IMG/VR virus record: IMGVR_UViG_3300045988_164457
Location: 1-64,000 of that record
DNA length: 64,000 nt
Strand: one strand, 5' to 3'
Source of the DNA: a virus
Shown: positions 46,600 through 55,725 of the stretch, piece after piece
How positions within the stretch are numbered: position 1 is the stretch's first letter
Layout of the letters: each line of letters starts with the position of its first letter
Translations under genes and position numbers: made by a program
The notes under the pieces: model-generated
The model's database searches: none
Seen by the model: only the letters and a program-made list of their open reading frames with translations
Told to the model about the DNA's origin: nothing

Positions 46600-46613
46600 A
46601 AAGGATTGATAAT

Positions 46614-46850
46614 ATGGCTGGTATAAAAAGTAAATACGGCAATGATTATAATACCCCCATTAGCGAGTATGTCTTGACCGACAAAACCGAAATAGCCGAT
46701 CTCCCTACAACCACGTCTGACGCAAAGGGTAAGTTTGCTGACGATGTAAACTTTAAAAACCGCCCTGCAATCGGTTCAATAGCGCAGGTTATTGACAGTA
46801 ATTCGCTTACGGTCTATATGCTTTCAGACTCAGGTTGGGTAGAGATATGA
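46614..46850 (+). CDS. Small hypothetical protein heading the second fibre module
   Basis: 78 aa with RBS AAAGGA. Confidence 0.35.
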   Translation: MAGIKSKYGNDYNTPISEYVLTDKTEIADLPTTTSDAKGKFADDVNFKNRPAIGSIAQVIDSNSLTVYMLSDSGWVEI

Positions 46851-46880
46851 TAATCGATAACAAGAAAGGAAGGTGATACT

Positions 46881-48593
46881 ATGGATATGGTAACTTATGG
46901 CATACTCTCTAAGAGAATCAATGGCATTTTAAGCGGAGTTAAGTCCACTGAAATCCAAGGCACAAGTTTGATTTTCAACTTTACAGACGGAACTTCTCAG
47001 ACTATGACATTTCCAATTCCTGCGGACGGTAAAGATGGCGCAAATGGTATTTCTATTGTAGGATTAGAAATTACCCCAACTAATCATTTAATAGGTACTT
47101 TTTCTGATGGCTCTGTTGTCGATGCGGGTCTAATAACAACGATAAGAGGTGAACGTGGCTATACAGGCACCGCAGGTAAAGACGGCAAGGACGGTACTAA
47201 CGGTGCTGATGGTGTAGATGGCATCTCTCCTACTGTTACTATTACAGAAGCTACAGGCAGACACACTGTATCTATTACTGATAAAGACGGTGTAAAATCT
47301 TTTGTCGTCAAAGACGGCTCTGCTCTTGATGTAGATAATTACTATACTAAGGACGAAGTCATTACAGAACTTGCTACAAAAGCAAATATAACTGATATTC
47401 CTGTCGTACCCGTTAATGTATCAGAGTTTACCAATGACGCAGGATATATTAAGAATACTGTAGATAATCTTATTCATTATTATAATAAGGCTGACGTTTA
47501 TACTCAGACGGAAGTTAATATGCTGATTTCTAATATTAACAAACTTACATCTCAGATAGTTGACCAGCTTCCTACAGAAGATATTGATACAAGCGTTATT
47601 TATCTGATTAAGCAGGAAGATGTCAATGCTTATATGCAGTATATGTATATAAACAGCGCTTGGGCGGAGCTTGGCACTACTCAGGTCGATTTGTCAGATT
47701 ATTACAAGAAGTCTGAGGTTGATACCAAATTAGCTGAGAAAGCTGATAAGACAGAACTTCCTACGGTTCCAAGTGTAGTTTCTGCGTTTACTAATGATGC
47801 AGGCTATTTGACTGAGTACACTGAAACCGACCCTACAGTTCCTGCTTGGGCGAAAAGCCCTCAAAAGCCGCAGTACAGTTGCGAAGAAATTGGTGCGCTG
47901 CCTGAAGATACTGAAATCCCTATCTTCACAAACAAAGTCGTTCTTGATAAAATCAGCGAAGAAAAAGTTGAAAGTTGGGACGGAGCAGCAACTGCCGCAC
48001 ATACTCACGATAATAAAATTGTTCTTGATAAATTTACAGAATCCGATGAAGGTGAAGTCCTTTATAAAGGTAAACAAATAGCAAGCGGTAATCTCTGGAA
48101 TGGCACTAAGGAAGAGTTTGATACTATTAAGGATAAAGACCCAGATACTACTTATGTAATTACTGATGATAAAGATGATGAAGTGTCACTCAGCGACTTG
48201 GTTATTGATGATAGTTCTACTACATCTAAAAAAAAGTCTTGGTCTGTGAAGAAGATAAATGATACTGTTGTTTTGAAAAATACTGGAATATTATATAAAA
48301 ACGCTCCGACATCTTCAGGAATGACAACCTTTACATTAGATATATCCTCTTTAGGACTGACCCACAACATATATCATTTTAAATGTTATATAGTAGGTAA
48401 TGGCAATGTCGCTCATTGTGCTGAAGGCAGTATTGGACAATATGATGGTAGTTATTACATATCTATTGATTATAAATCATCTCACATTTCCAGCATCGTT
48501 ATAAACGGAACAACAATTACAGTCACAACTTCTGCAGCTCATTATAATCTTAGCTTTTCTATTCAATCAATATATGATTGGGCAGAATCATAA
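46881..48593 (+). CDS. Second tail-fibre-like protein with a collagen-like Gly-X-Y stretch
   Basis: GERGYTGTAGKDGKDGTNGADGVDG (nt ~47148-47222), then ISPTVTITEATGRHTVSITDKDG, paralogous to the segment in 39902-41191. Repeated ...FTNDAGY... motifs. Confidence 0.55.
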   Translation: MDMVTYGILSKRINGILSGVKSTEIQGTSLIFNFTDGTSQTMTFPIPADGKDGANGISIVGLEITPTNHLIGTFSDGSVVDAGLITTIRGERGYTGTAGKDGKDGTNGADGVDGISPTVTITEATGRHTVSITDKDGVKSFVVKDGSALDVDNYYTKDEVITELATKANITDIPVVPVNVSEFTNDAGYIKNTVDNLIHYYNKADVYTQTEVNMLISNINKLTSQIVDQLPTEDIDTSVIYLIKQEDVNAYMQYMYINSAWAELGTTQVDLSDYYKKSEVDTKLAEKADKTELPTVPSVVSAFTNDAGYLTEYTETDPTVPAWAKSPQKPQYSCEEIGALPEDTEIPIFTNKVVLDKISEEKVESWDGAATAAHTHDNKIVLDKFTESDEGEVLYKGKQIASGNLWNGTKEEFDTIKDKDPDTTYVITDDKDDEVSLSDLVIDDSSTTSKKKSWSVKKINDTVVLKNTGILYKNAPTSSGMTTFTLDISSLGLTHNIYHFKCYIVGNGNVAHCAEGSIGQYDGSYYISIDYKSSHISSIVINGTTITVTTSAAHYNLSFSIQSIYDWAES

Positions 48594-48612
48594 AAAAGGA
48601 GAGTGAAACAAT

Positions 48613-49332
48613 ATGTCAATATATCAAGGCGACCAGAAAGTCGCAAATAATATAACTATCGAAAACGCTTCATATTCTGTGCCTATTGGTACAATCATCA
48701 GCTATGCTTCCACTACTCTCCCTGTTGGATTTTTGCTTTGTGATGGCTCGGAGATATCAAAGACTGACTACGCTGATTTATATATTGTTATTGGCAACAA
48801 GTTCGGCACAGCTACAGATACTACGAAGTTTAAGCTCCCTGATTTGAGAGATAGATTTATTCAGGGTGCTAATGGTAATTTAGGTGCAAGTAAAGACGCT
48901 GGACTTCCGAACATTACTGGTAGTTTTACCTCTTATGACTATGTTTATGGTAATGCAAAAGATTCTTTTACAAGAGCTATATCTAATAAGAACAGTGGTT
49001 CAAATATTGTGAATCCGACTGATGCCCCGTATGTAATGTATAATTTTGATGCTTCAAAATCAAATTCAATCTACGGTAACTCAAATACAGTTCAACCGCC
49101 TTCTGTTTGTTTAACATTTATCATAAAAGCAGAGAAAATCAGCGACCAGTATGCGGCAGATATTGATAATCTTTTGGAAAGTAAGGTTGATCAAAATCAA
49201 GGTATTGAAAATCAGGGCAAGCTTTTGGGTACAGATTCTACGGGTAAAGTCATCACAGTTAATGCTCAGGGACTTAAATATAATGATAGCACTAAGATGA
49301 TTGAATACGGAGTCGTCTTAATACAACTTTGA
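48613..49332 (+). CDS. Phage tail-collar domain protein
   Basis: PIGTIISYASTTLPVGFLLCDGSEISKTDYADLYIVIGNKFG...FKLPDLRDRFIQGA is the tail collar (PF07484-type) signature. Confidence 0.65.
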   Translation: MSIYQGDQKVANNITIENASYSVPIGTIISYASTTLPVGFLLCDGSEISKTDYADLYIVIGNKFGTATDTTKFKLPDLRDRFIQGANGNLGASKDAGLPNITGSFTSYDYVYGNAKDSFTRAISNKNSGSNIVNPTDAPYVMYNFDASKSNSIYGNSNTVQPPSVCLTFIIKAEKISDQYAADIDNLLESKVDQNQGIENQGKLLGTDSTGKVITVNAQGLKYNDSTKMIEYGVVLIQL

Positions 49333-49501
49333 ATGAAGGTGTTAAACTTGATACGACTCTAACTAAAGCTGTATTGCTGCGATGACGGATATGATAGAAT
49401 TGGAGAATGTATTGTTGGCTCGATTATCGAACACTATGGTAATTAACTATTACGATATTTGATTAACGTACTTATTTTTATAGATAGAAAGGAGCTGGCT
49501 T

Positions 49502-50449
49502 ATGGAACAAGCCAAAGGTATAACCATAGGCAATGAGTCCTATGAAATGATTCCGCCTGCCCCAAGTGATGAGCGTGGTGGAATTACTAAAACTGAATAT
49601 GATAAATTCAATAGTTACGAAATTAGTCTTGCGGCGCTTACCTTAAACAAGGCAGACAAAACCGACATTTTATCGCAGACTATTGCAGAAAATCATAATA
49701 ATATCTTTCGTGGCGATGATTTATTTGCAAAGGGATATGATATCAATGACATCTGCGCTATGATTAGTGACGGAAGTTTTTCTGATATCTATATCGGTGA
49801 CTATTTCACGCTATCGGGAAGCATTGAAAATGTTCCCTGTTTCGTGGAACAGACCGGTGATGATGGTACAAAATCACTGGTGGAAAGCACCCAAACAGTG
49901 AATTATGACACCAAATTCCGTATTGCAGGACTGGATACATACTTGAATACAGGCGATACGGCGTTTATGCAGCATCACGCTGTGATTGTGCCTGATGGGG
50001 TTATCGGTAACAATCGAATGAACAGTACTAATACTACCAGTGACGGATATATTGGCAGTTTTATGTTTGCATCGGTATTACCTGTGTATAATACGCATTT
50101 TTCAGCGAAACTGAACAATCACCTGTTGTCACATCGTGAAATTCTGAGTAATGGCGTGATTGGGAATCAGGCAAATAGTTGGGCGTGGGCTGATGTAAAA
50201 ATCAATCTGATGTCTGAACCAGAGGTGTATGGCAGTAATCTGTGGGGAAACAAATATGATGTAGGTGTAAATTATAGGCAATTTCCGTTGTTTAGAATCG
50301 CATCAAAATATATTTGTAACCGCAACTGGTGCTGGCTAAACGCAGTCGCTGGGGGAAACGATTTTGTGGCTATGACAAGCAATGGTAATGCAACTCGCAA
50401 TGGGGCTGGGGTTGCACTTGCTGTGTACCCCTGTTTCTGTATTGGTTAA
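49502..50449 (+). CDS. Hypothetical fibre-associated protein
   Basis: 315 aa with RBS AAAGGAG. Confidence 0.3.
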   Translation: MEQAKGITIGNESYEMIPPAPSDERGGITKTEYDKFNSYEISLAALTLNKADKTDILSQTIAENHNNIFRGDDLFAKGYDINDICAMISDGSFSDIYIGDYFTLSGSIENVPCFVEQTGDDGTKSLVESTQTVNYDTKFRIAGLDTYLNTGDTAFMQHHAVIVPDGVIGNNRMNSTNTTSDGYIGSFMFASVLPVYNTHFSAKLNNHLLSHREILSNGVIGNQANSWAWADVKINLMSEPEVYGSNLWGNKYDVGVNYRQFPLFRIASKYICNRNWCWLNAVAGGNDFVAMTSNGNATRNGAGVALAVYPCFCIG

Positions 50450-50475
50450 AGAAATTTAGAGAAAGGAGACTGCAA

Positions 50476-51039
50476 ATGGTAGTATATAAAAACAAATGGT
50501 TTATTATCAATATGGAACACCCAGATACAGACTGGCTCGGAGATGCCGATTGGGTTGTTCCAGATGATTCAGAACTTGGTAAGAAAATAGTATCCTATGC
50601 TCCTAATTTTGATCTTATAGTCAAGAACGGCAAGCTTATTGATGTTAAAAAGGGTAAGATTACTAAAGAAGAGCTTGATGGTATCAAGGAAGATAAAATT
50701 GCACAGTCTAAAAAAATGTTATCTGAATGGCTTGCAAGTCATCCGTATCTGTACAGTGACGGCAAGTATTACAGCTGCACCGAGGAAAAGCAGTCACTCC
50801 TGAATGGAAATTTAGCATCTTACGAAAGAGCCAAAGCAATAGGTGTTGAGTATCCTCTGAAGTGGAACGCAACTACAGCAGAATGTACGGATTTCAGTTA
50901 TAACGACTTACTTGCTTTGAGTCTGAGCATTGCAGCTTATGTTGCGCCCAAAGTAAGCAAACAGCAGTCAATAGAAGTTCAGATAAGAAATTGTGAAACT
51001 GTTGAAACTGTAGATGCGATAGAGATCAGCTATGATTAA
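50476..51039 (+). CDS. Hypothetical (fibre assembly/chaperone-like, DUF4376-like?)
   Basis: 187 aa with RBS AAAGGAGA. C-terminal ...NDLLALSLSIAAYVAPKVSKQQSIEVQI pattern. Weak. Confidence 0.3.
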   Translation: MVVYKNKWFIINMEHPDTDWLGDADWVVPDDSELGKKIVSYAPNFDLIVKNGKLIDVKKGKITKEELDGIKEDKIAQSKKMLSEWLASHPYLYSDGKYYSCTEEKQSLLNGNLASYERAKAIGVEYPLKWNATTAECTDFSYNDLLALSLSIAAYVAPKVSKQQSIEVQIRNCETVETVDAIEISYD

Positions 51040-51493
51040 ACAAATAATCAAAAATAGTACGATTTTTGTTGCCTGTGGAATTGTTTATATTATAATCGAG
51101 CTATTATACCGTGGCTACACATCACTCAGTATGTTTTTTTGTGCTGGTGCTATTGGACTTTTAGCTTCGCTTGTAAATAATCTTTTTTCATTTGAGATAT
51201 TACTTCAATGGCAGTTGGCTATAGGAACTGGCATAGCTACGTTTTGTGAAGGTATCACTGGACTTATGCTTGTGATGATATACGGATATAACCCTGTATG
51301 GGATTATAGTAGATTGCCATTTACATTCTTTTGGGGACAGTGTAATTTTTACTTCTGTCTTATCTGGACGATGTTATGTTTTGTAGCTATACTGATTGGA
51401 GACAGCATTGAATATTATTTATTCGATGGCAAGAGAGCTTATTATAAGGTAACTAAAAATAAAATATGGTTTTGGCTGCCTAAGAAAAGATAA
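51032..51493 (+). CDS. Four-TM membrane protein
   Basis: 153 aa with hydrophobic helices throughout. Overlaps the previous stop. Confidence 0.4.
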   Translation: MIKQIIKNSTIFVACGIVYIIIELLYRGYTSLSMFFCAGAIGLLASLVNNLFSFEILLQWQLAIGTGIATFCEGITGLMLVMIYGYNPVWDYSRLPFTFFWGQCNFYFCLIWTMLCFVAILIGDSIEYYLFDGKRAYYKVTKNKIWFWLPKKR

Positions 51494-51514
51494 TTCTATT
51501 TGAGATATAATTTT

Positions 51515-51551
51515 AGGGATAACGAAGTGAATTTCGTTATCCCTATTTTTT
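51515..51551 (+). terminator. Terminator ending the late operon
   Basis: AGGGATAACGAA / TTCGTTATCCCT plus T6. Confidence 0.75.
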
Positions 51552-51585
51552 ACGATTTTTAAAATTAATATGACAAAGCTACCCT

Positions 51586-52016
51586 TTCCCACATAATTAA
51601 GCAAATCATTGTGGGAAGATTTTTTAGTGGGAAATTAGTGGGAAATTGCACAATATTTTCATTGTTTCATTAGTCTTTTCCTTTATTTATGCATTTTTAA
51701 AAATGTGATATCATGTTGAGGCAAGACACGGCAAGGCATTCCAGGGTCTCCTCAACCGTTACTTCAAGTAAAATAAAATACAAATATATACAAATAGATA
51801 CGCCCATGTACAGGGCAATATGCACAGTTCTTTGCACTATAGTAATTATATGGTATGAGATGTATCAAAACATCTTATACCATATTTTTTTTGTTTTGTG
51901 GGAATATGGTGGGAATTTGATGTGTAGCAGTGATACTTTTTGTCTTTTCCCACAAACATCTTGCAAACAACGTATTTAAGCCGAAATATCTAATATTTAT
52001 AATAGATTGGTGGGAA
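51586..52016. promoter_or_regulatory. attP-like region: eight GTGGGAA arm-type repeats in two clusters around a ~250-bp core
   Basis: GTGGGAA at 51611, 51627, 51638, 51898, 51909 and 52010 (plus strand) and at 51586-92 and 51947-53 (inverted). Lies immediately upstream of the integrase. Confidence 0.55.
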
Positions 52017-52080
52017 ACTCAATTTTTTCGTATTGACATATATAAACAAGAATTGTATAATAGATATTGAGGTGATATAA

Positions 52081-53247
52081 ATGAAAGGTAGCGTAAGAAA
52101 AAAAGGAGCTACTTGGTCTTTCCGTCTTGATCTGGGCAAACAAGAGAATGGAAAACGTAAACAAATTGAACGTAGTGGTTTTGCTACTGAAAAAGAAGCT
52201 CAAGCTATGTTAGCCAAGTATATAGACGAGTATAATAACAATGGTGAGATTGTCGAGAACAAAAAGATAACTCTTAATGAGGTTTATCAGGAATTTATCG
52301 ATAATGAAGCTAATACCACCCGTAAGCATTCAACCGTTACAAGATATAATTCTTTATATAGAAATCATATATGTAACGAAATAGGTTACAACTATATTGG
52401 TAATTTTTCGGCACAAAAATTACAAGAATATATTAATAGTAAAAGAAGCGAAAATCTGAGTGACGAATACATTAGAAGTATTTACAATTTTTTACTTGTA
52501 TTATTTAGGTATGCTGTTAAAAGAAAGTACATCAGAACCAATCCTACTATCGGAGTTGTCCCACCAGCAAGTTATCGTGCATACGGTGAAATACAAACTT
52601 ACACTAAAAAAGAATTAGAGTTAATGGAACAAAGATGTGCTACAACAAATTTAACTCCAGCCTTTAAAATAGGAATTAACCTTGGTCTTAGAGTTAGTGA
52701 ATGTTTTGGATTAAGATTTTCTGATATTGATTGGAATAAAAAGACTATACGAATAAACAAGCAATTATATTTTCAAGATAAACAATGGTCTTTTATACCA
52801 CCCAAAACAGTAAGTAGTGTAAGAACTATAAAAATGGGTGATGAATTTACCAATTACCTCAAAGAGCTACAAGCACAGCATGAAAAAAATAAACAAGAAT
52901 ACGGCGATGGATATGCTATAAATTTTGTTACCGATAGAAGAAATGACAAAACGCAAAGAATTATCGTTGATGACTTTATAAATGTTAAGCCAAACGGAGA
53001 AATGCTTACTCCAAATAGCATTAAGTTTATGAGACGCATATTTAAAGACGACCTCAATATAGACTTCAAGTATCATAATCTTAGACACACTCATACCACT
53101 ATGTTGGCTGAATCGGGTGTAAATCCTAAGTACGTACAGAAGCGCTTAGGGCATAGTAAATTAGAAACCACTCTTAGATATTACACCCATATCACTGATA
53201 AAATGGATGAAGAAGTTGCAAATATTATGGATAATATTCTAAAATAA
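52081..53247 (+). CDS. int: Phage integrase (tyrosine recombinase)
   Basis: N-terminal MKGSVRKKGATWSFRLDLGKQENGKRKQIERSGFATEKEAQAMLAKY arm-binding type domain. C-terminal GLRVSECFGLRFSD...HNLRHTHTTML...LGHSKLETTLRYYTH. Confidence 0.85.
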   Translation: MKGSVRKKGATWSFRLDLGKQENGKRKQIERSGFATEKEAQAMLAKYIDEYNNNGEIVENKKITLNEVYQEFIDNEANTTRKHSTVTRYNSLYRNHICNEIGYNYIGNFSAQKLQEYINSKRSENLSDEYIRSIYNFLLVLFRYAVKRKYIRTNPTIGVVPPASYRAYGEIQTYTKKELELMEQRCATTNLTPAFKIGINLGLRVSECFGLRFSDIDWNKKTIRINKQLYFQDKQWSFIPPKTVSSVRTIKMGDEFTNYLKELQAQHEKNKQEYGDGYAINFVTDRRNDKTQRIIVDDFINVKPNGEMLTPNSIKFMRRIFKDDLNIDFKYHNLRHTHTTMLAESGVNPKYVQKRLGHSKLETTLRYYTHITDKMDEEVANIMDNILK

Positions 53248-53250
53248 CTA

Positions 53251-53305
53251 AAAATATCCCGCTCAAATAGTATGAAATAAATCATATTATTGAGCGGGAT
53301 ATTTT
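53251..53305. terminator. Bidirectional terminator between int and xis
   Basis: AAAATATCCCGCTCAA / TTGAGCGGGATATTTT 16-bp stem. Confidence 0.7.
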
Positions 53306-53547
53306 TAGTTATTTGCTATTTTATATTGATGAAGAAGCTTAATATCAGTTAAATCACTTAAATCATAACCGTCATAAGCCTCTAAAAAATCATTTAATGA
53401 TTTAGCTGTTATTTTACAGCTACCTAATTTAATACTTTTGAGAATGCCATTGTTGATTAAATCATATACTGCATTTTTATTTATTTTTAATATTGAAGCC
53501 ACTTCAGCAACGGTAAAAACAAGATTTGGAAGAATTGTATTGTTCAT
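53305..53547 (-). CDS. xis: Excisionase-family HTH DNA-binding protein
   Basis: FTVAEVASILKINKNAVYDLINNGILKSIKLGSCKITAKSLNDFL is an HTH_17/excisionase-type motif. ATG 53547 is just after the dut stop. Confidence 0.6.
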   Translation of the reverse strand: MNNTILPNLVFTVAEVASILKINKNAVYDLINNGILKSIKLGSCKITAKSLNDFLEAYDGYDLSDLTDIKLLHQYKIANN

Positions 53548-53548
53548 A

Positions 53549-54052
53549 TTACTTACCACTACTTCCTAATGCACCCATTCCCCTATCAGATGCTATTTCT
53601 TTAAGTTCATTATATGTAAGTTCTTCAACCTTAACCTTTGGAACAGGAATTATGAGCGCCTGTGCTATTGCCTTTTCGTAAGGATAAATAGTATATCCAG
53701 ATGTGTTTTTCATAAATATATAATCGGTATCTTTTTTAACAATAGTTATCTTTTTATTTGTTGTATTGGTAATGGGAACAAACCACTCGTTACGGTAGCC
53801 ACTGTCGATTACACCACACCTCTGAGCAATACCCTTACTACCTGTTGACCCTCTCTCTTTGAGAATAAAACAATAATCTGCATCGCACGCAGAAGCAATA
53901 CCTGTAGGTATCAATGTAGTTGTATGTGGGTCAATAATAATAAAATCATCTTCAAAGTCAGCATAAATATCAAATCCTGCGTCCTCATCTCTCTTTGTGG
54001 GTATAACTGCTGTGGGTCTTACTCTTGCAAATTTAACTGTTGTGTTCATCAT
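53549..54052 (-). CDS. dut: dUTP diphosphatase (trimeric dUTPase)
   Basis: PTKRDEDAGFDIYA, GVIDSGYRNEW, and C-terminal RGMGALGSSGK motifs. Confidence 0.85.
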   Translation of the reverse strand: MMNTTVKFARVRPTAVIPTKRDEDAGFDIYADFEDDFIIIDPHTTTLIPTGIASACDADYCFILKERGSTGSKGIAQRCGVIDSGYRNEWFVPITNTTNKKITIVKKDTDYIFMKNTSGYTIYPYEKAIAQALIIPVPKVKVEELTYNELKEIASDRGMGALGSSGK

Positions 54053-54091
54053 ATATGCTCCTTTATTTTAATTTTTCTTTTAAAAATAAGC

Positions 54092-54190
54092 TCATATTCC
54101 AGCTTTGATATATGTCCTATTTTTTATAAATTTATTACACATCCAGATGAGAATACCAATTATACCAGTTATGATATAATAAATCATCAT
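54092..54190 (-). CDS. 32-aa hydrophobic peptide, translationally coupled to the desulfurase stop (ATGA overlap)
   Basis: MMIYYIITGIIGILIWMCNKFIKNRTYIKAGI. Below the track cutoff. Weak. Confidence 0.25.
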   Translation of the reverse strand: MMIYYIITGIIGILIWMCNKFIKNRTYIKAGI

Positions 54191-55263
54191 ATATAGCCTC
54201 TTACTTTCTTTATATTTTTCTTAATACTTTCAACAACGTAGTCAACTTCATCATCTGTAAGTGTATCGTCCCAAGATAATCTAATACTATTGTATATGTA
54301 ATCTTCAGGTGTGCCTATAGCTTTTAAAACGTGTGACGGTTCTAAGCTTGCTGAGTTACAAGCTGAACCTGCCGATACATAAATACCGTCCATATCAAGG
54401 AGGAGCATCAGTGATTCAGATTCTACGCCCTTAAAAGCTACATTAAGCGTTGACGATATGCTTACAGGTATAGCGGTGTTGAAATGGGTATCTTTAAAAG
54501 TGATAAAAGTATCAGCAAACTTCTGTTGTATCTCTCTACAACGTTTATCTATTTTGGAAGAAAAATTATAGAGTTCAGCAGCTTTACCTATTCCTACAAT
54601 AGATGCAACATTTTCTGTGCCTGCTCTGATGTTGACTTCCTGTTGACCGCCATAAAGAAGTGGTTTAAACTTGTCGGGTTCTTTTATATAAAGGATTCCT
54701 GTGCCTTTTGCAGCGTGAAATTTATGACCACTAAGACTTAGAAAATCACAATCAAGTTCTTTAACATCTATTGAAACGTGGGAGTATGCTTGAGTTCCGT
54801 CCGAGTGAAATAGCACACCCATATCGTGACATATCTTAATCTTAGTCTTTATATTGTATATTTCTCCGATTTCGTTATTGACAAACATCCAGCTTACAAG
54901 TTCAGGTGAATACTTATAAATGTCATTTGCGAGAGGAGATAAAGTTGCTGTCATTACATTGGGACATTTGAGTATTGAATGATGCTCATATGGTGAACAA
55001 AGTACACTCTTAAAGTTTGAACACACCCAATTATTACTCTCTGTGGCTCCTGATGTAAAAAATATCTGATTAGGTTCTGCATTAATAGCCTTTGCAATTT
55101 GATTTCTTGCTGTTTCTACAGCTTTATGAGCTGTTCTACCGAGAGAGTATAATGATGATGGATTACCGTATTGCTCTGTAAGATACGGCATCATAGCATC
55201 AAGAACTGGTTTTGTTATTGGGGTAGTAGCAGCGTTATCAAGATAAATTGGTTTGTTAATAAT
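54187..55263 (-). CDS. nifS: Cysteine desulfurase (NifS/IscS class V aminotransferase); probable ATT (or GTG 55269) start
   Basis: (M)INKPIYLDNAATTPI..., SGHKFHAAKGTGILY (PLP lysine), SAGSACNS (active-site Cys). GAAGGAG lies 5-8 nt before ATT 55263/55260. The track ATG 55380 lies inside the upstream gene. Confidence 0.8.
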   Translation of the reverse strand: MINKPIYLDNAATTPITKPVLDAMMPYLTEQYGNPSSLYSLGRTAHKAVETARNQIAKAINAEPNQIFFTSGATESNNWVCSNFKSVLCSPYEHHSILKCPNVMTATLSPLANDIYKYSPELVSWMFVNNEIGEIYNIKTKIKICHDMGVLFHSDGTQAYSHVSIDVKELDCDFLSLSGHKFHAAKGTGILYIKEPDKFKPLLYGGQQEVNIRAGTENVASIVGIGKAAELYNFSSKIDKRCREIQQKFADTFITFKDTHFNTAIPVSISSTLNVAFKGVESESLMLLLDMDGIYVSAGSACNSASLEPSHVLKAIGTPEDYIYNSIRLSWDDTLTDDEVDYVVESIKKNIKKVRGYI

Positions 55264-55273
55264 TATCACTCCT

Positions 55274-55528
55274 TCATACCTTCGTAAATTTATACAAATC
55301 AACTGGATTGTCCGCTTTATATTTTGTTTTAATAATTTTAATTGTATCAGCAGGTACACTCTCATACAAATAATACACATCTCTGAGCGCAGTAGATGTT
55401 ATGTAGTATTTTGGCTTACCATCAATTTTATAAGTAAGACAAACAGTTTCACCTTTGCTAAATGGTGATTTACTTAATTGTGATTTAGTATTTTCTGTCT
55501 CGTTGTCTATTTTCTTAGATCTTGGCAT
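55274..55528 (-). CDS. Hypothetical protein
   Basis: 84 aa, tightly coupled between the FTR-like and desulfurase genes. Confidence 0.35.
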   Translation of the reverse strand: MPRSKKIDNETENTKSQLSKSPFSKGETVCLTYKIDGKPKYYITSTALRDVYYLYESVPADTIKIIKTKYKADNPVDLYKFTKV

Positions 55529-55725
55529 TATTCACTCACCTTCAGAAATCTGCCACAATGACATTCGCCATCTGTATTTTGTTCTCTGAAAATTTTACAC
55601 GGGCACTTTGTATCGTCATTCTTTATGAGTTCACAGGGGCAATACCCATTATTATCTTTTACAGCTTTTGTTACTTCTTCATAAATAGCAACATCTGGGT
55701 TTTTGATTATTTTCAAACCGTTCAT
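55528..55725 (-). CDS. Ferredoxin:thioredoxin-reductase catalytic-subunit-like protein (65 aa)
   Basis: GYCPCELIKNDDTKCPCKIFREQNTDGECHCGRF carries the CPC...CPC...CHC triad diagnostic of FTR catalytic (FeThRed_B) domains. Confidence 0.65.
   Translation of the reverse strand: MNGLKIIKNPDVAIYEEVTKAVKDNNGYCPCELIKNDDTKCPCKIFREQNTDGECHCGRFLKVSE

Noticed and set aside
49290-49400. A possible frameshifted C-terminal extension of the tail-collar gene (alternative frame ...LNTTLNEGVKLDTTLTKAVLLR).
   Set aside because: It is short, has no slippery site and no recognisable motif. It is probably chance open frame in the 170-nt spacer.
51713-51979. 88-aa plus-strand ORF between the late terminator and the integrase.
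   Set aside because: No RBS and a nonsense-like composition. It spans the attP arm repeats and terminator hairpin, so it is better explained as non-coding recombination-site DNA.
51586-52016. The repeated GTGGGAA motif as a possible CRISPR array or iteron origin.
   Set aside because: The repeats are only 7 bp, irregularly spaced and in both orientations, which is not CRISPR-like. Their position next to int fits arm-type sites better than replication iterons, although an origin function cannot be fully excluded.
55264-55380. N-terminal extension of the desulfurase ORF from ATG 55380.
   Set aside because: It lies inside the coding region of the upstream 84-aa gene in another frame, without an RBS. 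The conserved family N-terminus starts right after the GAAGGAG at 55269-75.
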